Shown one piece after another: positions 18,692-26,329 of a stretch of DNA of 64,000 nucleotides. The stretch is taken from contig CAMWON010000002.1 of assembly GCA_947175875.1 (NCBI GenBank), positions 1,216-65,215 of the forward strand, given 5' to 3'. The stretch is from an uncultured Alphaproteobacteria bacterium. GTDB taxonomy: Bacteria; Pseudomonadota; Alphaproteobacteria; Rs-D84. The notes below the pieces were generated by a model, which was given only the letters and a program-made list of their open reading frames with translations, was not told the DNA's origin and did not search any database. Each line of letters opens with the position of its first letter. The stretch's first letter is position 1. Both the position numbers and the translations under genes were made by a program.

Positions 18692-19726
18692 ATGTTTATA
18701 CTAAAATCAAAGTTGTTGAATATGTGTGGAAACAAAAAAAATACTTTACTTAGCTATTTATGTTTATCAACTGTATTGTGCATTGTTTCGTTTTGTCCAG
18801 CATGTGCTAAAGAATATAAACATGTGGCCAATAATAGAAATTACACAACCTATAACAAACCCCAGGAACAATTCTCTGATAATAAATTAAATTTTAAACA
18901 AAATTTGTATTTAGGAATCGGCGCGGGAAAAAGCGTTTTCACTTTCGGAAAAATAAAAGCAGATTATAAGGACCAAGCTGATGCATGGCGTGCGCCAGGT
19001 TCCTTCCAAAAATCGGAATTTGCCAGTGGCGAGTCATTAAGTCTTCAGATGTTTGTAGGTACACAGGTTACACAAAACACTCGTTTAGATTTTACTTATT
19101 TGCATTATTCAAATTTATCATTGAAAATGAAATCACACAGTCTGTTGCCAATTGATGATAAAGTTACAAACTATACAGACGGATATAAATTTAATAAAGA
19201 ACCAGATATTTCTGCTGATGCAACTATGCTGAATATTTACTATTATTTAGACCGCCTTATCGGAACATTGAAGATACGACCATATATTGGTGCTGGTATT
19301 GGAATGGCACAAAATGTTATGTCTGATTATACCATTTTTGATGGTGCTGCTTATATAATTCCTGAGATGCAAGGTACTGTACAAAAATCAGGAACACCTA
19401 TTCGGATCTCAAATATTAAAACACGTCATAAGGGCAGCACTGTCGGTAATTTTGCATTTTCTTTTGAACTTGGCGCATCCTATAATTTAACTAAAAATTG
19501 CATAATAGATATTTTTGGACGTTATGTAAATTTAGGTTCTGTAGAGAGTGAAGGCGTAGTGTCAACATATAGTTTTTTTACTTCAACATCTGATGACATT
19601 CCAGTTGGCGATGCATATAATATAGGCGCACCAGCTGGAGAAACAACATCTTATTATCCCGATTGGAAAGAAAAAGGAAATCTCAACATTGTTGATATTG
19701 GACTAAAACTTAGGTTTTTATTCTAA
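18692..19726 (+). CDS. Outer-membrane beta-barrel protein
   Basis: 344 aa. Signal peptide ending CPACA-KEY, alternating hydrophobic strands, and C-terminal GLKLRFLF (terminal-Phe beta-signal). Confidence 0.65.
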   Translation: MFILKSKLLNMCGNKKNTLLSYLCLSTVLCIVSFCPACAKEYKHVANNRNYTTYNKPQEQFSDNKLNFKQNLYLGIGAGKSVFTFGKIKADYKDQADAWRAPGSFQKSEFASGESLSLQMFVGTQVTQNTRLDFTYLHYSNLSLKMKSHSLLPIDDKVTNYTDGYKFNKEPDISADATMLNIYYYLDRLIGTLKIRPYIGAGIGMAQNVMSDYTIFDGAAYIIPEMQGTVQKSGTPIRISNIKTRHKGSTVGNFAFSFELGASYNLTKNCIIDIFGRYVNLGSVESEGVVSTYSFFTSTSDDIPVGDAYNIGAPAGETTSYYPDWKEKGNLNIVDIGLKLRFLF

Positions 19727-19909
19727 TTTACGGGGTGCTTTCGTGTTAAGAAATATTTTTTGAGTTTTTTGTATATGCTGTCTTTTGAATGTCCGTTGCT
19801 ACGCCGATTGGTGCAAGAAACAAGGCGGCGGTGTAGAACAGTGTGCATCGCACCCAAGTTCTTGGACTGACTGTGGTACGTTTAATGGTGAAACCATATA
19901 TTGTTTTCC

Positions 19910-20060
19910 ACAGGGTAGTACCAGTGGTGGCAAATCCACGTGTCGGGGGTTCAAACAAGCAAATAGGCATGTGGGAACATTCCGGTTGCGCAACGCGCAA
20001 ATTTGTGCAGTTCCGCCAAGGCGTCAGCCGATGGCGAATTCCCTCTCCCGCTACCAAAAT
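19910..20060 (+). repeat. Degenerate tRNA-Met copy with ~85-nt insertion in the T-loop (repeat copy 3)
   Basis: AATCCACGTGTCGGGGGTTCAA (19933-19954) is identical to the tRNA anticodon-stem-to-T-loop segment. It is followed by ACAAGCAAATAGG...GCGAAT and then TCCCTCTCCCGCTACCAAAAT. The upstream CAGGGTAGTACCAGTGGTGGCAA is a decayed 5' half. Confidence 0.75.
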
Positions 20061-20063
20061 TTG

Positions 20064-20087
20064 AACCGACCTTTGTGTCGGTTTTTT
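20064..20087 (+). terminator. Intrinsic terminator after repeat copy 3
   Basis: AACCGAC-ctttgt-GTCGGTT followed by TTTT. Confidence 0.6.
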
Positions 20088-20090
20088 AAT

Positions 20091-20118
20091 AAAAAATCCG
20101 GCAACCGCCGGATTTTTT
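20091..20118. terminator. Bidirectional intrinsic terminator (serves secB)
   Basis: AAAAAA-TCCGGC-aacc-GCCGGA-TTTTTT. Confidence 0.65.
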
Positions 20119-20132
20119 CATTATTGCAAATA

Positions 20133-20573
20133 TTATGCATTTGCCGGGGCGGCCGCCTGTTTCTGGGCGTACAGCTGGGCAAAGTCCACGGGCTGCATCG
20201 CGAATGTCGGGAAACCGGATTCAGATGTCAAACGCGTAATCAAGCCGCGTACCGCCGGGAACAACAATGTCGGAACGTCAATCAACAATGTGCGCTTTTT
20301 GGCTTCTTCGTCTTTTTCCTCTTCCATCTGGACCAGGCCCGAATATGTGGATTCAATCAAGAATATTGTTTTTTCGTTCGCGTCCAGTTTCGAGTGAACC
20401 TTGGTAATCAAATCAACCATGAACAGGTTGTTTTCCGCGCCCTTTATCTGAATATCGATGTTTATTTCCAGCTTTGCCTGACCGTTGTCCTGTTTAAAGA
20501 ACAGTTCCGGGACATTCGGGCTTTCAAAAGAAATGTCTTTTAAAAACTGGGAGATAATGTTAAATTTTGCCAT
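20133..20573 (-). CDS. secB: Protein-export chaperone SecB
   Basis: 146 aa. N-terminus FNIISQFLKDISFESPNVPELF and LLIDVPTLLFPAVRGLITRLTSESGFP are typical of SecB. Confidence 0.85.
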   Translation of the reverse strand: MAKFNIISQFLKDISFESPNVPELFFKQDNGQAKLEINIDIQIKGAENNLFMVDLITKVHSKLDANEKTIFLIESTYSGLVQMEEEKDEEAKKRTLLIDVPTLLFPAVRGLITRLTSESGFPTFAMQPVDFAQLYAQKQAAAPANA

Positions 20574-20656
20574 TGCGATTGCTCCTTTTTTTACGCATCG
20601 TTTTATGGTAATATAGCATTATCAGAGTTCTTTTACAAGTGGGGGGATAATAAAAA

Positions 20657-21772
20657 ATGGCTTTTGGGAAAACATTACTAATGCGTGTGGCGATGTGCGC
20701 CGGTATGGCGGTTGCGCTGACGTCGTGCCGCGACTTGTCACCGACGGGCGGAACGTACACCACCGCGGGCGACAATTCCGTTATCCCGTCCAATTTGAAA
20801 AAGGTTTCTTATTCAAGCCTGCCGGGATGGCGCGACGATGACGTGCGCTATGCGTTGCAGGCGTTCCGCAACACATGCAAGGCAAAAATACAATACACCG
20901 GCCGCGTGGTGCCCGACCGCGCATTGCTGGAGGAAAAGTGCCGCAACCTGCCGGCGGCGTCGGCGGATACCGCGACGGTGCGCGCATGGTTTGAATCCAA
21001 TTTCCAGCCGTACCAGATTCACACCGACACCGGTGCCACGCGCGGGACATACACTGGTTATTATTCGCCGGTGATTCCGGCATGTCGGACAAAAACGGCA
21101 CAATGTAACGAGCCGTTAATGGGTATTCCAACAGACGGGCGCAATTACAAGGGCGTTGCGAAAAAAGACATTGTTGAAAAGCAGATTGGCCGTGTTCTGT
21201 ACTGGGCGAACATCGTTGACGTTCAGAACATTCAGATTCAGGGCAGTGGGAACCTGAAACTGGAGGACGGAACGGACGTAAAGTTGAACTTTGCGGCGGT
21301 AAACGACATGCCGTTCAAATCCATTGGCGAAGAGCTGCGCGCGCGCGGCATCCGGCCGGAGGGCGGATATTCCGCCGACGCGGTGTGGAGTCATTTAAAG
21401 GCGAATCCGGCACTGGCCAAAGACGTTATCTATAAGAATCCGCGGTATGTATATTTCTATGAATCCGTTCCGCCGGATGTTATTGGAAAGCTGGGGACGC
21501 CGCTGTCGAAAATCCGCAGTGTGGCCATGGACACGGATATATATACATTGGGATTGCCGGTGTATGTGAACACGAATCTGTCCGACGGGCGTGCGTTCCG
21601 CAGGCTCATGATTGCCCAGGATACCGGGTCCGCGATAAAGGGCTGGATTCGTGCGGACATATTCTTTGGCAAGGGTGACGATGCCTATAAATATGCCCAC
21701 GGCCAGCATGCCCAGGGCGAGATGTATATCCTGATGCCAAAGGTGTACGAATATGTCAAACCCGGTCGGTAA
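20657..21772 (+). CDS. mltA: Membrane-bound lytic murein transglycosylase A
   Basis: 371 aa. Lipoprotein-like signal (ALTSC), YTGYYSP, and 3D-domain motif AQDTGSAIKGWIRADIFFGKGDDA. Confidence 0.85.
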   Translation: MAFGKTLLMRVAMCAGMAVALTSCRDLSPTGGTYTTAGDNSVIPSNLKKVSYSSLPGWRDDDVRYALQAFRNTCKAKIQYTGRVVPDRALLEEKCRNLPAASADTATVRAWFESNFQPYQIHTDTGATRGTYTGYYSPVIPACRTKTAQCNEPLMGIPTDGRNYKGVAKKDIVEKQIGRVLYWANIVDVQNIQIQGSGNLKLEDGTDVKLNFAAVNDMPFKSIGEELRARGIRPEGGYSADAVWSHLKANPALAKDVIYKNPRYVYFYESVPPDVIGKLGTPLSKIRSVAMDTDIYTLGLPVYVNTNLSDGRAFRRLMIAQDTGSAIKGWIRADIFFGKGDDAYKYAHGQHAQGEMYILMPKVYEYVKPGR

Positions 21773-22082
21773 ATGGGAAAAGCGCGACGGGCGCCCCGGA
21801 ACATTGGCGGGTGCCTTAGGCGGTTTGATGGAAATGCTGGGGGTGCGGGCGTCCGATGCTGATTTGGCGGGGCGCTGGGATGCGATTATGGGTCCGGAAA
21901 TTGCATCGATTGCGCGGCTTGCCGCAATTAAAAAAACACGCGACGGGAAATACAACGTTGTCGTGCGGCCGGCAAACCCCGCCTTCACGTTACAGTTGTC
22001 GTACATGGCGCCGGAAATCACCGCGCGAATCAACAAATATTTCGGGCGCGAGGCGGTTGCAAAAATCAGCTTTCGCAAATAA
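21753..22082 (+). CDS. DUF721/DciA-like protein
   Basis: 109 aa. W..IMGPEIA......IKK...G.Y.VVVRPANPAFTLQLSYMAPEITARINKYFG follows the DUF721 pattern. Confidence 0.7.
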   Translation: MSNPVGKWEKRDGRPGTLAGALGGLMEMLGVRASDADLAGRWDAIMGPEIASIARLAAIKKTRDGKYNVVVRPANPAFTLQLSYMAPEITARINKYFGREAVAKISFRK

Positions 22083-22089
22083 AAAAAAT

Positions 22090-22106
22090 CCCGCCATGTG
22101 GCGGGT
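22090..22106. terminator. Bidirectional terminator between DUF721 gene and mnmE
   Basis: A8-CCCGCC-atgt-GGCGGG-TGTTTT between convergent genes. Confidence 0.7.
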
Positions 22107-22109
22107 GTT

Positions 22110-23396
22110 TTATTTCCCCAAGCACAGTTGGCCGAATGTGGCGTCCATGACGTCGGATGCGCTGATTGCGCCCAGGATTCGGCCCACCGCATCCGCGGCG
22201 CGGCGCGTGTGTTCCGCAAATATATCCCAGTTGTCGCCGGCGGCAATGGCCGCGGCCAGGTTTTCGTTTGCGTCGGACAGCAGTTCGCGCGTGCGCACAT
22301 TCAAAACGACGTCCGTGTCCGTGCCATCGGTTAGCTGTTTTATTTTTTCACGTAATGCGTTCATTACCATGTCGATGCCGTCGCCTGTCTTGGCCGATAT
22401 GCACAGTGCGCCGTCGGCCCCCCCGCACAGGTCTGATTTGTTTATGACAATGATTTCATTGTCGTGCGGCGTTATATCTGTCGGTGCGTCGAACACGCGC
22501 AGAACAATGTCGGCGTCGTTCATTTCGTCGCGTGTTTTTTGAATGCCTATTTTTTCAATCTCGTCCGCGGCCGCGTCGCGCAGGCCCGCCGTATCCATCA
22601 AATGGACCAGGTATCCGTCAATGTCGATATCGGCGGATATTATGTCGCGCGTGGTGCCGGGAATGTCGGATACTATTGCACGGTTTGCGCCGACGATTTG
22701 ATTGAACAGTGATGATTTCCCGACGTTCGGCCGGCCCGCCAGTACGATGTTTATTCCGCCGCGCACCATGCGTGCGGCGTTGAAGTGCGACAATGCGGCG
22801 GATATTTCCGAATGCAGTTTTTTTGTCCGCACCCGTAACGTTTCGCCGATGTTTGCGGGCAGGTCGTCCGCATCATAATCCAAAATTGCGGCCGCATATG
22901 CGGATATGTCAATCATGTCACCGCGCCAGGACTGGTACTTTTTACTGTCCCCGCCCGACAGCGAGCGCAGTGCCCAGCGCCGCTGCATATCCGTTTTTGC
23001 GTCCAGCAGTGCCGCCAGACCGTCTACATCTGTCAAATCCATTTTCCCGGCATAAAAGGCGCGGCGTGAAAATTCACCCGGCATTGCCATACGCGCCCCG
23101 TTTTCCATCAGGTATGAGAATATTTTTTGTATAACGGCATCTGCGCCGTGGGACTGAATCTCTATTACATCCGTGCCGGTAAATGAATGCGGTGCGGCAA
23201 AGTATATTATTAAACACTGGTCTATCAAATCGCCGGCATTATCCGCCAGGTTTGCAAAATATGCACGTCGCGGCATGGGTGTGCGACCGATGAACTTTGC
23301 GGCCATGTCGCCCAAATTATCCCCCGATATTCGGATAACCGCAACACCGGATTTCCCGCGTCCCGATGACAGGGCAAAAATCGTATCGTTATTCAT
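22110..23396 (-). CDS. mnmE: tRNA modification GTPase MnmE (TrmE)
   Basis: 428 aa. Motifs GRPNVGKSSLFN and DTAGLR, plus C-terminal FGQLCLGK (C-I/L-G-K). Confidence 0.93.
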   Translation of the reverse strand: MNNDTIFALSSGRGKSGVAVIRISGDNLGDMAAKFIGRTPMPRRAYFANLADNAGDLIDQCLIIYFAAPHSFTGTDVIEIQSHGADAVIQKIFSYLMENGARMAMPGEFSRRAFYAGKMDLTDVDGLAALLDAKTDMQRRWALRSLSGGDSKKYQSWRGDMIDISAYAAAILDYDADDLPANIGETLRVRTKKLHSEISAALSHFNAARMVRGGINIVLAGRPNVGKSSLFNQIVGANRAIVSDIPGTTRDIISADIDIDGYLVHLMDTAGLRDAAADEIEKIGIQKTRDEMNDADIVLRVFDAPTDITPHDNEIIVINKSDLCGGADGALCISAKTGDGIDMVMNALREKIKQLTDGTDTDVVLNVRTRELLSDANENLAAAIAAGDNWDIFAEHTRRAADAVGRILGAISASDVMDATFGQLCLGK

Positions 23397-23972
23397 TTAC
23401 TTTTTCCCGCTTATGCTTTTCAGTGCCATCGGAACCAGTTTTGTAATATCTGTGCCGGGGTTGTCCGCAACCAGTTTCTGGGCCATTTCAACAACATCCA
23501 TGCGGCGATAACCCAAAGCCTCAAGCGCGGAGAGCAAATCGGACAATGCGCCCCCGGCCATATCAGAACCAAAATCAAGTGATGCGCCGCCAACCTTGGA
23601 CTTTAGTTCGACGATGATTTTTTCCGCAACTTTTTTACCGACGCCCGGCGCGGTTGCGATTGTTTTTGCATCACCGGTCGCAATGGCGGAAATCAATGTG
23701 TCTGTCTTTATCGTGCCAAGAATCGCCAGTGCAACCTTTGGGCCGACACCGGATACCGCCGTTAGCATGTTAAACAGGTTTTGCGTAGATGCGCGCGTAA
23801 AGCCAAACAGCCTTATCGAATCTTCGCGTACGACCGTTTCAATCCATAGGGATACGGTCTCTTTTGGGGTTAAATATTCGGGGGTATAAACCTTGTACCC
23901 CACAGGGCCCGCCATGATGATTACAAAACCGTCGCCGATGTAATCAACAATACCTTGCAATTTGCCAATCAT
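23397..23972 (-). CDS. ruvA: Holliday junction DNA helicase subunit RuvA
   Basis: 191 aa. Motifs: MIGKLQG, GVGYKV, LTAVSGVGPKVALAIL, PGVGKKVAEKI. Confidence 0.93.
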   Translation of the reverse strand: MIGKLQGIVDYIGDGFVIIMAGPVGYKVYTPEYLTPKETVSLWIETVVREDSIRLFGFTRASTQNLFNMLTAVSGVGPKVALAILGTIKTDTLISAIATGDAKTIATAPGVGKKVAEKIIVELKSKVGGASLDFGSDMAGGALSDLLSALEALGYRRMDVVEMAQKLVADNPGTDITKLVPMALKSISGKK

Positions 23973-24023
23973 TTGCTATCCTTTTGGGGTAATTTTAATC
24001 CAATATAATTAAAAGGTCAAATT

Positions 24024-24740
24024 ATGAGTGGACACAGTAAATGGCATAACATTCAGCATAAAAAGGGTGCAGTTGATGCCGCACGCAGCGGTCTGTTTAC
24101 AAAACTGGCACGTGAAATTACCATGGCGGCAAAGCTGGGGGACAAGAACCCGGATAACAATCCGCGTTTAAGACTTGCGATTCTGCAGGCACGCAAAAGC
24201 TCTATGCCGAATGATAATATCAAGCGCGCGATTGACAAAGCATCGGGCAGCAATACCGAAAACTATGTTGCGGTACGCTATGAAGGATACGGCCCGGGTG
24301 CGGTTCCGGTAATTGTAGAGGCGCTGACGGATAATCCGCGCCGCACCGTACCAGAGGTTCGCAATATTTTCGCCAAAAACGGCGGCAATATGGGTGAAGA
24401 AGGCAGCGTTGTATTCATGTTTACCCGCGCGGGTCAGATTATGTATCCGGCATCGATTGGTAAAACCGAAGATGAAATGATGGAAATCATCATGGATGCG
24501 AATGCGGACAATCTGGAAACATCCGAAGAGGGCTTTATCATCACAACCAAGCCTGATGACTTTATCACGGTTCAGAAAGCGCTGGCGGACAAGCTGGGCG
24601 AACCGGAACAGGCGGAACTGACCTGGATTCCGAACATGCCGATGGATTTGGACGACGAAGCGTATGCAAAGATTGAAAAGCTGGTTGATGCGCTGGATGC
24701 AAATGACGACGTTCAGAAAGTATTTACGGCGGCGGCATAA
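24024..24740 (+). CDS. yebC: YebC/PmpR-family transcriptional regulator
   Basis: 238 aa. The MSGHSKWHNIQHKKG N-terminus is diagnostic. Confidence 0.93.
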   Translation: MSGHSKWHNIQHKKGAVDAARSGLFTKLAREITMAAKLGDKNPDNNPRLRLAILQARKSSMPNDNIKRAIDKASGSNTENYVAVRYEGYGPGAVPVIVEALTDNPRRTVPEVRNIFAKNGGNMGEEGSVVFMFTRAGQIMYPASIGKTEDEMMEIIMDANADNLETSEEGFIITTKPDDFITVQKALADKLGEPEQAELTWIPNMPMDLDDEAYAKIEKLVDALDANDDVQKVFTAAA

Positions 24741-24742
24741 TA

Positions 24743-25216
24743 ATGCGTATTTTGGGGATTGACCCAGGGCTTTTACATACGGGCTGGGCGGTGATTGAAA
24801 GCAATGGCTCGGCCCGAAAATATATCGCCAGCGGCGTTATACTGCCGCCGGCGAAATTATCGTTTCCGGAACGTCTGGCGATAATATTTCGCGGCGTGTC
24901 TGAGCTATGCGAAACTTTCCGGCCGGATGCATGCTCGATTGAGGTTATATTTGTTAACGTCAATCCAAAGACGACACTGGTTCTGGGCCAGGCGCGTGCG
25001 GCCGCAATTGTTGCGGTTTCAACCCGCGATATTCCGGTTTATGAGTATGAGCCGAACAAGATAAAAAAAGCACTGACATCGGCCGGGCATGCATCAAAAG
25101 ACCAGATTGACAAGATGGTGCGCATTTTATTGCCGGCGGCAAATCCAAAGACCCCGGACGAGGCGGATGCGATTGCAATCGCACTGGCGCACAGTAATAT
25201 GAGCAGATTTATTTAA
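24743..25216 (+). CDS. ruvC: Crossover junction endodeoxyribonuclease RuvC
   Basis: 157 aa. Motifs: MRILGIDPGL..TGWAVIE, EYEPNKIKKA, DEADAIAIAL. Confidence 0.93.
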   Translation: MRILGIDPGLLHTGWAVIESNGSARKYIASGVILPPAKLSFPERLAIIFRGVSELCETFRPDACSIEVIFVNVNPKTTLVLGQARAAAIVAVSTRDIPVYEYEPNKIKKALTSAGHASKDQIDKMVRILLPAANPKTPDEADAIAIALAHSNMSRFI

Positions 25217-25220
25217 ATCA

Positions 25221-25317
25221 CTGGATTGCTTCACATACGTTCGCAATGACAATAGTGATGCAACACCCGGATTGTCCACATTGTCATTGCGAGGGGCGCA
25301 GCCCCGTGGCAATCCAG
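25221..25317. repeat. Palindromic MITE-like element, copy 1 (97 nt)
   Basis: CTGGATTGCTTC...TCGCAATGACAAT...TGTCATTGCGAGG...GTGGCAATCCAG. The outer and inner arms are self-complementary. Confidence 0.8.
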
Positions 25318-25395
25318 TATTATATATGACTACATTCCGTTTTTAATATATCTCTTGTTTATGGTATAATGTGTCCATAACCAAAGAGAGAAACA

Positions 25396-25680
25396 ATGAA
25401 AAAAGATTTTATCCAAGAACAGGACATGAAGTTACGCATGAAGCATAGAATGCTGCTGCGCGCGTTTTTCATCAATTTAATTTTGGGCGTTATTGCGCTG
25501 GCGCTGACGTACTTTCCGATACTGCTTTACGTCGCCGTATGGGCGACGGGCATTTCCCCGATGGTAATGTATTTTTCCATTATCGGCGGGATTGCATTCT
25601 GGCAGATGCTGGGGGTGGTGCTGTTTCTGGTGCCGGGAATTTCCGCATGGATGGAAAGACGCAGTTTGGCCAATTATTAA
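25396..25680 (+). CDS. Small integral membrane protein (3 predicted TM)
   Basis: 94 aa, RBS AAAGAGAGA. Hydrophobic segments LILGVIALALTYFPILLYVAVWA, MVMYFSIIGGIAFW, GVVLFLVPGI. Confidence 0.5.
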   Translation: MKKDFIQEQDMKLRMKHRMLLRAFFINLILGVIALALTYFPILLYVAVWATGISPMVMYFSIIGGIAFWQMLGVVLFLVPGISAWMERRSLANY

Positions 25681-25683
25681 TAT

Positions 25684-25706
25684 ACCGGGCGTATGCCCGG
25701 TTTTTT
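25684..25706 (+). terminator. Intrinsic terminator
   Basis: CCGGGC-gtat-GCCCGG followed by TTTTTT. Confidence 0.75.
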
Positions 25707-25716
25707 GTTTGATTTA

Positions 25717-25804
25717 CTGGATTGCTTCGCTATCGCTCGCAATGACAATGAGTCTGGAATGACTGTCATTGCGAGGAGGCGTCTGCGCCGACGTGGCAAT
25801 CCAG
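25717..25804. repeat. Palindromic MITE-like element, copy 2 (88 nt)
   Basis: It has the same four conserved blocks as 25221-25317, in the same orientation; the central part differs. Confidence 0.8.
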
Positions 25805-25811
25805 TAACTAT

Positions 25812-25839
25812 TTGCAAATCGTAATTTTCCTGTTATAAT
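25812..25839 (+). promoter_or_regulatory. Sigma70-type promoter of RNA element B
   Basis: TTGCAA-16 nt-TATAAT, the same hexamers and spacing as the tRNA-Met promoter. Confidence 0.65.
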
Positions 25840-25845
25840 TCCCAT

Positions 25846-25998
25846 CGCATCGGGTGATACCCGGTGTGAGGTGTCATAACCTCTCAAAGTGAAAACTCCA
25901 ATATGGTTGGAGGCCTGCGATATATTTGAATAAGCGGGACTATTACTTTGGTAGTTATGAACCTCCAACCGCCCTTCATCACGGCGGTACGTTTTTTT
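25846..25998 (+). ncRNA. Structured RNA element, copy B (unclassified family), leader of a small HTH gene
   Basis: 5' hairpin CGGGT-gat-ACCCG. Long-range helix GAGGTGTCATAAC (25868-25880) / GTTATGAACCTC (25954-25965). Hairpin CTCCAA-tatgg-TTGGAG (25896-25912). CAACC, then CCGCC-loop-GGCGG + T7 terminator. The RBS GGAGG begins 13 nt after the T-run. Confidence 0.6.
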
Positions 25999-26020
25999 AT
26001 AAAAACCAATGGAGGAAAAA

Positions 26021-26290
26021 ATGAAAAAAATAGATGAAACAACCGCGCGTCTGGGCGTGGCAATGCGGCATGCGCGTAATAAATGTAAAATGCCCTTGGA
26101 CGAGGCGGCGGCAACACTGCGAATAATGCCGGATGAATTATACGAATATGAACGTGGCCGTGTTATGTTGCCATATGATATAATGGAGCGCGTGTTTATA
26201 ATGGGCTATAAAATGATGATGATACGCATGCTGGAAAGTGTGTATCGACGACAAAGAAAAATGTTTAACAAATTTAATCAAAATAAATAA
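26021..26290 (+). CDS. Small XRE-type helix-turn-helix protein
   Basis: ORF 26009..26290. ATG 26021 is preferred because GGAGG lies 5 nt upstream. LGVAMRHARNKCKMPLDEAAATLRIMPDELYEYERG is an XRE/Cro-like HTH. Confidence 0.6.
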   Translation: MKKIDETTARLGVAMRHARNKCKMPLDEAAATLRIMPDELYEYERGRVMLPYDIMERVFIMGYKMMMIRMLESVYRRQRKMFNKFNQNK

Positions 26291-26292
26291 AA

Positions 26293-26318
26293 ACACCGGG
26301 GAACCCCGGTGTTTTTAT
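26293..26318. terminator. Bidirectional intrinsic terminator
   Basis: ACACCGGGG-aa-CCCCGGTGT flanked by A- and T-runs between convergent genes. Confidence 0.75.
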
Positions 26319-26329
26319 TGCGCTGTTTT

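Larger units (their letters stand above)
17226..20060. mobile_element. Integrase-less islet(s) at the tRNA-Met 3' end, bounded by tRNA-derived repeats
   Basis: The 21-nt TCCCTCTCCCGCTACCAAAAT occurs three times (17209-17229 in the tRNA, 17370-17390, 20040-20060). The interior 17.4-19.75 kb is markedly AT-rich and holds two cargo genes. No recombinase is present. Confidence 0.5.

Noticed and set aside
19785-20543. 252-aa plus-strand ORF
   Set aside because: It runs through the pseudo-tRNA repeat and two terminators, and then lies antisense to secB. It is Cys/Arg/Gln/Phe-rich with no RBS. It is a shadow ORF.
21395-22300. 301-aa minus-strand ORF, and the 228-aa plus-strand ORF 21856..22542
   Set aside because: The first is antisense to mltA and the DUF721 gene, and the second to mnmE, all of which carry clear family motifs. 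Both have Arg/Pro/Ala-rich shadow composition.
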